Assembly (NCBI GenBank): GCA_020536535.1
Contig: JAHLWZ010000846.1
Span: 15,373 to 79,372, forward strand
DNA length: 64,000 nucleotides
Source: Pelomyxa schiedti
Lineage: Eukaryota; Protista; Evosea
Direction of reading: 5' to 3'
The position numbers were made by a program, and so were the translations under genes. Under the pieces are notes generated by a model. The model worked only from the letters and a program-made list of their open reading frames with translations, ran no database searches and was not told where the DNA came from. Of the stretch, positions 11,017-23,542 are shown one piece after another. Positions within the stretch are counted from its first letter, which is position 1, and each line of letters begins with the position of its first letter.

Positions 11017-13781
11017 TCAGTCAGAAGGAGGGCCTTGTTCATCACTAGAATGTTGTCCGGACAGGTCATCCTCGTCAGTTCTGGAGGGTCTCTGAGAATT
11101 GTGCATGCTGCCTAAGGGGGAGGATGATGGTGATGAGGTAGAGGATGGTGTGGGTGATGTGTTTGTTGTTGCGCGGCCCACAGAGCCGCGGAGGGACATT
11201 TCTGCTATTCTCGTTTTGCTGTCCTCACTGCAGCAGGTGAGTTCTTCTTCTGAGAATAGGCATAGTTTGGGTTTAGAATAAGAAAGCGAGATAGTAGATA
11301 TACCTTGGGGGTTCATTGTGGACAGCGATAGACCGCCAGAGGCGGTGGTGCCGATGTGGTGCCGGCTGCGATGATGGTGGTGGTGATTACCATCAATATT
11401 CTGTTGCTGTTTGACATTGGCTTCTGGGTGCATTTGTGTAAGCTGAATTTGAGGTTGTTGGAGTGACTGTTGTGGATTAGGAAAAATCTGGGTTTGTTGT
11501 GGGTGTGCTGAGGGCATTTGTTGCTGGGACTGCTGTTGCATTTGCTGCTGTTGTAAATTTTGCTGCTGTTGCAGCTGTTGCTGTTGGGTTTGTTGCGGTG
11601 TTTGTTGCTGGATAGGTTGGCTTTGTTGTGTCATTTGCATTTGTTGTGTGCTGGCAGCTGCTGCCGCCGCTGCTAGAAAACGTTGGTGTAGTTGTTGCTG
11701 TTGTTGTTTGTTGGCTAGCATAAAGGGAAGTTGGGGGTCGTTGCTTAAATTTCCTAACGCCATCATTCCAATGCCATTCATCATGGAGGCCAGATTTGGG
11801 TTTTGACTACTCAGTACTCCTCCAAGACCCGGCGGAGAACCTGTTCCAGATGTACCACTCACCATTGGTGTCATTCCTCCCAGTCCCAGAAGTGGTGACA
11901 TACCCATATTCATGTTTGTTCCACTTTGCCCAACATTGGGTGCTTGTGATTGCTGCAGCATGAGAAGGAAATGGTCGAGCTCCATATCTGCTCCTCCAGC
12001 ATCCGCTGTGAAAAAAAAAAAAGTATGGTTAAAGAGCTTAGTTGTATTACGAAGAACATACCTGGGCTGTGGTGTTGCTCAGAACTATGTGAGAGGGCAG
12101 AGTGAATGGAAGGTGCATTGTGCCCAACTTGAAGTACACTCCCACTGGCCCCATTTCCAGAGCCCCCATTGGAGTTGTATAAGGCAAGGAGATTTGCGGC
12201 ACCGTTTGGACTCCCTCCAACACTATTTTGGTTACTGCTACTTGATCCTCCACTGGATACAGCTTGAGTTCCACTACCACCTCCTACAAACACGTTTGCT
12301 GTATTGGAGCCTACTAGTCCTGGGGGTCGTGTATTAAAGTCTGTTTTGGTAACTAGGTACTCGGAGATTTTTTGGATGCGCATCTCCAGCTGCTCCTCTC
12401 GCGATTTAGACTGTAAAAGAACCTGTTGTCCTCTTAGAGTTGTGAGGCGAATCACAAGAAGAAAATTATAAGGATAAGTGCATACGTCCTTCAACTGCTG
12501 TATAGTACTTTGAGTGTCACCGTTTTGTTTTTGCAACTTCGCAATTTCAGTGAGAAGGCACTTGTATAATGCTGAACTGTCTTGATCCGTAAGGATGGGT
12601 GTGCTGCTTGCCATTTGCGGCGTGGCACTCAGTACCCCATTATTATTGTGGGTCTGAAGGACTGGCCCTCCACCAGGGGAGAGAAGACTTCCAGGAGGCA
12701 GCGTGCCTAGATTGTTGGGTGGCTTCTTATGAACAGGTTTTCTGCGTTGTATGTGCTTGAGCAAATGAGGCGTGTCAAATCTGAAGTAGTCGTGCATAAA
12801 TGCATATCCCTCACGAGATTCAACCTTGTGGAATCCATATATGTTCAGCTGCCGTACAAAACTAGAAGAAGTTGAAATAAGTCTCACAATAGTGACACTT
12901 CACTTACGAACAAAAGTTGGAATGTTTGAAAAATTTTGGAAGCACTCCAGTTGCAAATTCAACAGGATCCCAAACAATAAAAGCTTGGCGATTATGCTCT
13001 TCACTCCAAGAGATCAAGTGCTTGATTGTGGTGACAATTAGTTTTGAATTTGTATTCATAGTTGAAATTTTGGTTCCCCCAGGCCCATCCCTTTGCGAAA
13101 AAAGAAAAAAAAAAGTACCTGAGTAGAGGCATCATTGACAAGCTCGTACAATTTACACACAAATGGTGCAATGCCATCTTGGGCAGCATTGAGGCTTGTA
13201 ATGGAAGAAATTGGGTTCGTTACATTCGTAACAGAGGAAACACCCCCAACGCCATTGGCACTTCCGCCGCCCAAAACGCCGCCATTGAACAACCCCCCTC
13301 CCGAGTTGCCAAACACGCCCCCGCCTCCCGTGTTGTTGATTCCAATCCCAATCCCACCCATTCCGCCAATCCCGAGTCCCCCCATTCCCCCGATTCCCAT
13401 TCCCATTCCCATCCCCATGCCCATCCCCATTCCCATGCCCATGCCAATTCCCCCCATTCCCATAACTCCGTTGGCGCCGCCGAGCCCCATGCCGCCATTT
13501 ATTCCAGATATGCCCGACAATCCGATGGCGCCGTTTCCGCCGCCGTTCCCGTTGCCGTTGGTGTTGCTGCTGCTGTTGTTGCTGTTGTTGCCGGTTGGTG
13601 TACCCGGGGGCCCGCCGCTTACGTTCATCGCGAGCATGCCTCCGTTGACGGCGTTCATGAGGCTGTTGCTGCTGTTGATTGTGTTTGGGGGTGACGACGA
13701 CGATGACGACGGAGTTTGTACGGCGCTGGTGGTGACGTTGTCGGACGGCGACTGTGACGAAGGGTTATTATGGGACTTCAT
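11017..13781 (-). CDS. HSF: Heat shock factor-type transcription factor
   Basis: HSF DNA-binding domain APFVCKLYELVND...[39 protein letters not shown]...IQRRK, then a heptad region (LTEIAKLQKQNGDTQSTIQQLKD) and poly-Q tracts. Confidence 0.9.
13385..13455 (-). repeat. Coding hexamer repeat (CCCATN)n on +, encoding Gly-Met dipeptide repeats in the HSF N-terminus
   Basis: Read directly; it translates as GMGMGMGMGMGMGMG on the minus strand. Confidence 0.8.
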
Positions 13782-14298
13782 TCTACACTCAAACCTCCGC
13801 TGAATGAAACAACCAACACATTAGGTTTTTGTTGATCAAAAAGGGTAAAGAAAGAAAGGAAAAATAAAAAAAATAGCCGATGTCTGTAACGCACCCGATG
13901 TTTGTCGCCACACTGTTCCGGTTTTGTTTTGTTGCAAAAATTTCGCATTCGGAGAAACGAAAGAAAGCACCATCTGGAAGTCTGTTCGTCGCCGAATCCC
14001 GATCATCACCCCCCTCCCTGGGTGAATCTCGAGCCTCTTTGTTTGGTGACTGATTGCGAAAGGTAGGCCATCATTTTCAAATTCCTGTCATCCCCGGAAG
14101 CCTGCTGTAGTTTCGGATGATGCAATTTGTCAATGTTTTGTGATGTCCGGATGACAGGCAGCAAACAAAAAAAACCAACAAAAACCAGCTCGAAGGGAGT
14201 CGGTGGTTGCCGAGATCGAGATTAACGGTGGTGTGACGTGAGTGAGTAAGCTCCCGCAACGTAACAAGGGATTTGTGCGCGTATCTACCAGAACCGAG

Positions 14299-15531
14299 AT
14301 GGGACGTCAAGAACGAATAGCGAGCGCGATTGCATTGTGCGCGATACCGATCGCGCTGTGGTACGCAATGGAAGCGCGTCACTTTGTGGCTGATAAACGC
14401 GAACGTATTCGCGGACAAGATCTGGGGGGAGGAGTTGGCGGTGGGGCGTATGACACGGAGGAAGATCTGCAGAGTTTGAGTTCTGTTGTGCGCGACTTTG
14501 GTGTTGCTGCAGCTTTCACTGTGGCCATTGTGGTGTTTCGCGTACTGCTTTCCAAGTTTGTTTTGAGCTCGCTTACTGAGGCCTGGGTCAATCACAAGGA
14601 GTGGGACGAATCTGAACTGAGACAGAGACGGGTGTGTTTTGTTGTCTTGCTTGAACTGACATGACTGAACTCGTTGACTAGCTGAATGAATTGAATTACT
14701 GACAGATAATTGTGCACAGGAAAAATTTGAACACTGCTTCTTCCTTTCTTTGTATTACATAACTGCAACTGGCTTTGGGTGGTACGCTCTCTATGACAAG
14801 TCGTGGGTACCAGCTGCAATCGTTCCAGGGGCAAGCGGCGAAGTCAATAACTGTTGGACAAACTTTTGGTTCCAGTTCAATGAAAGATGCACTGAGGTAT
14901 GTGTATGTAAGCACTGTTTCTACTTAGTAACGTTATCCCCAAGGTCAAGCTATATTACATGCTCTCTCTTGGTTACACTTTCCAGTCCCTCTTCTTTCTT
15001 ATTGTACGGAAGCACAGGAGGAATTTTTTCGAGATGGCCATACACCACACCCTGGAAATGTTGCTCATTATCTATTCATGGGGCTATGGTTATGTAAGGA
15101 TTGGAACGCTAGTGCTCGCTCTGCACGATGTGGGAGATGTGTTCATCAACGTGTTGAGATGTGCAAACGAGCTCAGGTTCGTTAAGACGTCGGTGTTTTT
15201 GCTGCTGTCAACTTTAGTAACATGGGTGTGGTTCCGGCTCTGGGCCTACCCGTGGTACGTGATCAGAAGTACCATGTTTTACGCCTATGACATTGTGATG
15301 TCCACTGGTGGAGGTGTCGGTGAGAGTTCCCTTATTGCACACGAAGGCTACTACTTCTTCAATGCTATGCTATGCGCACTCTATGTACTCCATTGGTTCT
15401 GGTTCTACATGTTCTTGAAGATTACGTACCACGCACTATTCATGAATCGTGTTGATGACGAAGTGGATGTTGTTGTCACTGAGAAACATGAGCAAGAACA
15501 AACAACACCCACCACCAAAAAAGGCCAATAG
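14299..15531 (+). CDS. LAG1: LAG1/LAC1-type ceramide synthase (TLC domain)
   Basis: Lag1p motif RKHRRNFFEMAIHHTLEMLLIIYSW...RIGTLVLALHDVGDVF, several TM segments and LHWFWFYMFLK. Confidence 0.85.
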
Positions 15532-15567
15532 CCCTGTCCCACCTTACCCCAAAAATTTTGCAATGCA

Positions 15568-15589
15568 AAAAACCAAAATTTTGGTTTTT
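15568..15589. repeat. Perfect 22-bp palindrome between two convergent stop codons
   Basis: AAAAACCAAAA|TTTTGGTTTTT, read directly. Confidence 0.85.
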
Positions 15590-15618
15590 CTCCTATTCTA
15601 TTTCATTTTACATTGAGT

Positions 15619-17933
15619 TCAAGGCAGTTGCTTTGGTGGTTTGGGAATTGCTTGGTTGCGTGCTCGGGCAACTGCTTTTGTGAGAACTGCTTTAAGAATG
15701 TCGAACGCGGAGCCGTAAAAAAGACGCTCGCAGCCAGCTACATAATTACCAGACACAAAAACCTTGGGGAAGTACTGCTTCCGTCTTGTTTGTTGTTTTG
15801 TATTAGTGTTAGTTTGGTTGCATTTTTGACTGAAGAGTGCGTACGTGTATTGAACCAAGGCAGACTCGAATTGAGGAGGTCTATCGGTTGTGATTACCCA
15901 AGTCACTTGGTCCAACACCCCTTTGAAATGGTTTAGAGTGTGAGGTATAAATGGCTGTGAAATACCAATGGACTGGAATACTTCACAAAATTTTTTCATT
16001 TCTGGTGCTGTTGTTACAAGTTGTGTGTAAACACATATAGAGGTACTCTTGACCTCCTATCCTCTTGCTTAAAAAAGTTGTATAACATGAATAGCGTACC
16101 ACGTCAATCTGAGTCAAAAATGGGTGATCCACGGGTAATGGATCCAAGACCACAAGACCCAAGGTATCCCGAAAGGCCTCAGGGATCTATTTGCAATGAG
16201 TGTAAGAGGACACAAAAGTGATAGTACTTTTTCAAATTCCACTTTCGACACTAAAGCCTGTCTTGTATAAGCTTTACAGTTTATCACATTTTCCTGATTG
16301 AGTCAGTTGAGGGAGTGTAAGCAGAAAACGTGGACGCACCCAATCAATAATGGCTCCCCGAAGATCTGAATCTGTAAGGTGGCACTCCAACAGGGATGCA
16401 TTGGTGAAATTCGCCTCTCAGTGGAAAATAGAGTTGGCACAAGGAGTTTATGTAACCAAATTTACATTTGTAAGATCAGCATCCTGGAATTTGGCCTGAT
16501 GTAATGTGGCTCCCTCAAAGCTACATCCATGAAGAATAGCTCTTTGGAATAAACCTTCAGATGTTATCCAGTACCAAGAAATGTAGCAACTTACAGCCTT
16601 TATGCAATTGAGCATTTGTAAATGTACAGTTTCTCAAATCGGATGTGAGAAAAACGCCACTTATACACGAAAGTGAACTGAAGTTGCTGTTATGAAACTT
16701 GCACTTAGTGAACTTTGGTTGGTCCTGCCAACAGTTATCTAACAAGTCATTGGGAGTGTTGGACACACAAAAACAGCATTGGCGAAGTTTAGATCATCTC
16801 CTTGTGACTAAAGAAAGGTTGGTGAAAGAGGTGGGAACTTCTACTGACTTTGGAGAAATTAGGCCTCGTAGCAATACAAGAAGTAAACGAGGCACCAGAT
16901 AATATAGATTTCATAAAAGAGGTGGAGGGTTCAAGTTCTAGACCAGAAAGGTCTAAATTCTGGAGTCTCAACCTCTCAAATTTACTCCTTGGAGCCATTT
17001 GGATAAAATCGGTTCTGAATTTGGTAAGTCTCATCTTCAAAATGTGTGGAAAAGAAACCTTGTCAAGTCAGGTCTACTTGAAATGTCGACAGCCCTTACA
17101 AGGGAATCAATTTGGAAGAACTCCGCTTCCATTAAAACGCCCTGAGACCATATGAACACAAGGTAAAACCGAGGAAAAACCCTACATCCAGGCTGACACC
17201 ACTATCTAGTAAAAGTCGACCTGTCCGTAAAAAATTCAATACAACTCGGAAGTAGACAGGATCCCTATCCAAAAAATAGGCCCCTGATCATTTCGTGGGT
17301 GTTTATGCTTTTTAATTGAGTATTCAAGCAATCAATTGAGATTAATACCACTGTCATCGGTTGCAGATGCCCTCAGTGAAGAGTTGAACATCCTTGCTAA
17401 CATACTGTTTTCATCTACACACGAGTTATTCCTTTTAAACCAAGCAAACAAAGGAAACACAAACCTAAGCACAAGGTCCTGCGGGCAGTGACAAAGACTG
17501 TACCTCCCACATTGAGGCGCAGCACGTCAGGCACCAAATCGCAGCTCCTCCTCAGCGTGTTAGCCCTCACCCTCCCAATCACAAAGTTCGCTCCCGCTCC
17601 TCCCCCTCCACCGCCACTGGAAGGGGTACTGGTCGTGGTCGTGGTCGTGGTAGTAGTAGCAGGAGTTGTCGTGGTGCCAGTGGGTGTGCCTGTGGCTGTA
17701 TTCGTGGCCGTCGCACCAGGGGCTAGGGCAGGGGCGGTTGCGACCGCGGCAGCAGTACTAGTAGGAATAATAATAGTGGGTGTGGTAGGGGTGCCGGGTG
17801 GGGTGGTCGGAGGCGGTATTTCCGACAAGCCGGTGGTGGATGTGGCAGTAGCTGGAGCTGTGGCGGTGAGGTTGGGTCTGGCCGGCGTAGATGTGCCCCC
17901 TGGGCCTACAACCGACGTCCCTACGGCAGACAT
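15619..17933 (-). CDS. KCTD-type BTB/POZ plus pentapeptide repeats plus C-terminal glutaredoxin-like domain
   Basis: VLRLNVGGTVFVTARRTL, AYFLDRDPVYFRVVLNFLRTG and VLMEAEFFQIDSL (T1-type BTB); pentapeptide-like segments LDLSGLEL, SDLRNCTFTNAQL and ATLHQAKFQDADLTNVNL; C-terminal SICVYTQLV...YFPKVFVSGNYVAGCERL. Joining of the last domain is inferred from splice phases. Confidence 0.7.
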
Positions 17934-18284
17934 TTCCGGCGAAAAAAAAAAAAACCAAACGGGCGAAAAGCCGTTTTTCCCTGAGTCTCCACCGTGTCTG
18001 AGATGAGGTGTTGCTCGATGGTGGTTTGGAAAAAAAAGTAGGGTGAGACGTACCTCTCTTGGCCAGAACTGTCGAATGTTGATCTCATCTATTCAAGCAT
18101 TGATGCCTTGATCTAAGTTGATTGCCTCTCACTGACTTTTGGGAAGGGGCCTTCTTGATATTTCGTCATAATTAAGTGTCTTTTTCCTCTGGCCACGTGT
18201 ACGGTGCTGCCGCCACAATTTAAGGAAAAGCCTTTGGTCTTTGGACAACAGCTCATAGTAATAACAAATCTGCGTATCAACTCA

Positions 18285-19058
18285 ATGGCCGCGTCAGCTC
18301 CCACATTCAACACGCTTGCTGCAACCTATGTAACTGTGGTATTTCGTTTGTGACTGGTACTCATACATCGCAAGGATAATAAGACCCCATTCAACATACA
18401 TGCCGATGTCGTGGCACTCATGTCCAAACTTCTCACCGTGACGGCTCGAACCAAGGTTATGGATTTTGGTTCTGGAACTGGTCTACTCACAGAGCACTTT
18501 GAGGGAAAAGTACTGGCTCCCCTCTCACATCCAACTCAACTCTGACAATTCATTCTTCTTTGCGTGCAGGTGGCCTCCATTCTTTGCATTGATCCCTCAC
18601 AGGGAATGTGTGATGAACTCAACAAGAAAGTAGCAGCGCGTGGCTGGCCCAATATCACCACACTATGCACCACTCTGGAAGGCAAAACACCAGATGATGC
18701 TTTCGCTCTCGTACAGCCACACGGTGCACCATTTGACCTTATCATTAGCAGCATGACAATGCACCACGTGCAGGACGTTGCCGGAGTCATAAAGTGTCTC
18801 GCGAGATGCCTTGCACCTGGAGGCGTTCTTTGCTTTGTGGATCTTGAAAAAACAGAGCAATCCCACAAGATGCACCCAGTGGCTGTACACCATCTCGTCA
18901 GACACCACGGCCTGCCCTGTGATACAGTCAAGATCTGGATGGACGAAGCCGGCCTCGTCAACACCACCTGCACCAGATCTCTGGCAATGAAGAGAGAAGT
19001 CGAAGGTGAGGGGCTGATGGAGTTCCCCCTCTGGTTGGCAATGGGCAACAAACCTTGA
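18285..19058 (+). CDS. Class I SAM-dependent methyltransferase
   Basis: VMDFGSGTG (motif I), ILCIDPSQGM, FDLIISSMTMHHV and LAPGGVLCFVDL. Two introns. Confidence 0.9.
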
Positions 19059-19272
19059 GATTTTTTTTTTTTTTGAAAGAAATGAGTTTCAATTCAGCAC
19101 TCGTTGCTAATTTTCGTCCGTTTCGTTCTTGGCATGTGGCTTAGCTCAAGTAATTATTAGTTCCCCTGCCCTCATGCCAAGATCAAAAAGCCCAAAAAAA
19201 AGGTCTGAAACGGAAGAAAAAAAAAGACAAATTAAAAATAAAAACAAAGAGGATCGGGTTGCGACAGCGACA

Positions 19273-22200
19273 ATGGACAGCACGACCGTTACCAACGTTC
19301 TAGCGCTATTGGACCCCAGTGAGCCGGCCGAAATTCGTGTTGCTGCCCTTAGCAGGCTCAACGACTTGGTCGACGAGTTTTGGTTTGAGGTCGCCGATCA
19401 AATCGCCGCTATAGAGGTCATGTACGAAGATCCTACGTTTGAAAAGCGTGACCTTGCCGCTCTTGTCGCCTCAAAGGTAAGTTTATCTTCGCCGTACTGG
19501 AGTATTAACGAAGTAAATTCAGGTCTACTACCACCTCGACGAATACCGTTCAGCTATGCAATACGCGCTGGGTGCTGGTGGCTTACTCAATATCGACGAT
19601 ACTACCAGCGAATTTGTCACTACAATCATCACGAAGTGCATCGATGAGTACACAAGATTGCGACAAGAACAAGAGCGTACTACTGATGTGGTATGCTAAC
19701 AAATAAAAATCTGACTTTTTTTTTTAACTAAATGAATCATATCCAGGTAATGATTGACGATAGACTTGTGAGTGTAGTCGAAAAGGTTTTTCAGCGGTGC
19801 TTGAAGCAGCGTGATTTCAAGTTAGCAATCGGAATAGCTCTTGATTCTAGGAGACTAGATACAGTACGGTTCCACTCCAGAGGCCACGTTTACTCACAGT
19901 CAGTAGGTGGAAGAGGCCATTAAACTTTCTGAAGGACACATGCTCAATTACTGCCGAAAACTTGCACTTGCCGATCAGCCTCTCACCGACAATTGGGTGC
20001 ACCCCACCCGCACATCAGCAGCATCACAGACTTCACGTGCCACACATTCGTCCAGCCACACCCTCAGCATTATAGACACCACTTCAACCCGTATTCTCCT
20101 TCCTCGTCCTTTCCGTTCGGACCTTTTCCGCCTCCTTGTGAAGTTATACAATGAACAACCTCAACCAGACTACCCTGCCCTCTGCCAGTGTTTAATACAC
20201 CTTGGTGACACCCAAGCTGTAGCTGCATTGTTGCTGAAATTGTTGGATCAGCCTGACAAAAATTCTGTACTACTTGCTTACCAAATTGCTTTTGACATTT
20301 GCGAGTCCTCCCCCCAGTCTGTATTGAATACATTGAAAGAACTTTTGTGTGTCAAAGAGGTACTTCAAATGATTTTTTTCTTTTTTTACGAGTTCTAAGT
20401 TGAGATATTAAGGTACCAACAGTCGAAACACCAAAACCTGCTGAAGCCACTGCAACACAAACAACAACTGCACCTACTCCAGCACAAACAACACCAACAC
20501 TTCCTAAGACTAATTTGGAAAAATTGTTGTCTATCATTTCTGGGGAGGTATGCACATTTTTTTTTATGCATCTAGTAGGATCACTCTAAGTTGTATTTCA
20601 GATCTCTATTAACCTGTACCTTGATTTTCTGTATCGACATAACAACACCGACCTCCTCATTTTATCAAATATCAAGAACTCCTTGGATAAGAGTTCTGTC
20701 TTGCATTCTGCTACTGTCTTCGCAAACGCGTGAGTACTCAATAATAATATATAATGACTTTCCAACCGTTTTTCCTTACACAATTGAACTTTAGGTTAAT
20801 GAATTCCGGAACTACTAGTGATACTTTCTTGCGAGATAACCTTGAGTGGTTGTCGAAAGCCACGAACTGGGCAAAATTCTCTGCTACAGCGGGGCTTGGC
20901 GTTATTCATAAGGGGCATCTCAAAGAAGCTAGGAAACTCCTTAGCCCCTATTTACCACAAACAGCAGGCGGCCCGGATCAAGGTTCTCCATACAGTGAAG
21001 GTGGGGCATTGTATGCCTTGGGCTTAATCCATGCAAACCACGGTGCCAGCATTCTTGAATACTTGCTTGGAGCACTAAAAGGTGCTGCAAACAAGGAGAT
21101 TGTTTTACACGGGTGTTGCTTAGGTCTTGGGTTAGCAGCCATGGGTACTTACCAATTCTTATTTATTTTTATTCTAATAATATTCTCAGCATCTGAAAAC
21201 GAAGGAGTTTATGATGAACTACGAACTATTTTGTATATGATGGTGGACAGTGCAGTTTCCGGTGAAGCTGCTGGCCTAGCCATGGGTCTTGTTATGTTGG
21301 GTTCTGGTTCCGCCAAGGCAATTTCCGAGATGATTGCCTACGCACATGACACTCAGCACGAACGTATTATTAGGGTATGAATTACCATTCTCACAACTTC
21401 CGTTTAACATAAAAAAAGGGACTTGCTATCGGTATGGCACTGGTTGTTTTTGGGCGCCAGGAGGAGGCAGATACACTTATTGAACAATTACTGCTCGACA
21501 AAGATGCCATTCTCCGCTACGGTGGGATGTACGCCATTGCTTTGGCTTACTGTGGGACTGGTTCTGCTCGTGCAATCAAGAGGCTTCTTCATGAAGTATT
21601 TTACTATTTTGATACTTTTGAGCTCAATGATGTTGCAGGCAGTGAGTGACGTTTCTGATGACGTTCGCAGAGCTGCAGTAACGGGTTTGGGATTCGTTTT
21701 ATGCAGGCAGCCACAGCAGTGTCCCCACGTTGTATCTCTCCTCACAGATAGTTATAATCCCCATGTCAGGTATTTATATCACTTTGTTTAATTTTGTCTT
21801 CTGGGTTCCTTCTCCCATTGAAAATATACCCTAGGTATGGTGCCACACTTGCACTTGGAATAGCGTGTGCAGGATCGGCACTTTCGGAAGCAGTAGATTT
21901 ACTTGAGCCAATGACCAAAGATCCCGTGGACTTTGTCAGGCAAGGAGCTATGATCTCCTTGGCACTTGTTCTCATGCAAACATCCAAACAACTGGAACCA
22001 CGCGTTGAAACAGTGTGCTTCAATAACTTCCTTTACATATTCTGACTTTCTCCAGATTTGTAAACTTTACGACTCCAAAGTGACTGAGAAAGGGGAAGAA
22101 CTTCTCAGTAAAATGGGAGCCATCCTTTCTACAGGAATCATCAATGCTGTACGCTTCGATAAAATCTTCAAAATCAAAGAAATAACATACCACACACAGG

Positions 22201-23168
22201 GAGGACGCAATACAACCGTGTCACTCCTTTCGCCCACGGGTCCTGTAAATTTCATTGCTGCAGTGGGTCTCGCCATATTCTGCCAGCACTGGTATGTTTG
22301 TTGTCAATTCAACAGGTATTCACACTTTAAAGGTACTGGTTCCCATATGTGCACTTCCTGAGCCTTTCTCTGATGCCAACCACCATTATTGGATTGGACG
22401 CTGATCTGAACATTGTGCCTTCATTCAAGTACAAGTCGGACGTCCCCCCACCAATGTTTGCTTATCCTGCCAAAGTGAAACCACCAGAGAAGGTAAGGAA
22501 AATAGTCCTCTCGAGCTGGGGTAACTTTAATGTAGGTCCAACACACGAAAGGAACAACCTCAACCCTTTCCTATAATCGAAATAAGCCGCAGGCCAAAAA
22601 AGCCCAGCCAGCTGACAAGAAGGACGACAAAGCAACAGCTATGGAAGTTGTACGTAATCTTTTCATCCCAAGGTATGCTAAAAGTTTACAGGACGATACC
22701 AAGAGCACTGGAAAACCTGCTCCTGCCACACAAACTAACTCCACACCAAATGTTGCTCCAACTTCCACTCCAACACCCACTCCAGCCCCAGCATCAACCG
22801 CAGCAGCAGCACCACAAAGTGCCACATCCAAAGAAGCAGCAGATCCCACAAAACCAAAGGAGGTGGAACCGGAAAAAGCAGTTCCACCACCACCGTTCGA
22901 AATTCTCGAGAATGCATCCCGCGTCACCCAGTTGCAGCGCAAATACATCGTATTCAGCCAAAATGCCGAGTACACGCCCGTCAAGAACGAGAACGCCTAC
23001 GGCATTGTCATACTACAAAAATCAACAACAGCCGCTTCCACAACAGCACCCGAAGCTGCAACAACCCCGGCTGACGTTCCTGCACCAGGTGCACCTCTGT
23101 CAATGTTCCCTCCTGAGAACCCACCTACATCCACCCAACCACCAACACCCTTTGAGTGGAACGAGTAG
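19273..23168 (+). CDS. RPN2: 26S proteasome regulatory subunit RPN2/PSMD1
   Basis: [43 protein letters not shown] repeats ([40 protein letters not shown]) and [10 protein letters not shown]. Confidence 0.97.
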
Positions 23169-23542
23169 GAACAATTTTAAATTAAGAGTTCTCCCAGTAT
23201 TAAGCTGTTGGGTTTTCCAAACACAAAGCTTGCGCAGAGCGTATGAAGCACCTGTTCAGGTGCCCACGCTCCCCCAGCTCGGTGCATACAAGAGGATCAG
23301 TTGCTAGGGATTTCTTCTTCCCATTTTTTCTACTATTTTGTGGGAAGCCGTGCTGGTGAGATTAAAAAGAAGAAGTCCCTAAAAAACGATCTTGGTGCTT
23401 TTGTCTACATCTCGTGTGGAGGAGAGGTGTACTGTTGGGGGTGTCAAAGCAATTGAGGGTCTTCAGTCTTCTTTGTGTCCCTTTGTTGTTGAGTGCAAGC
23501 AACTTGGCTGTGTTGGCATAAAGTTGGTTATCAGTTGCTGTT

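Noticed and set aside
18050-18280. Short minus-strand ORF 18113..18313 as a separate gene
   Set aside because: No motif; it overlaps the start of the methyltransferase and most likely represents the divergent promoter/UTR region.
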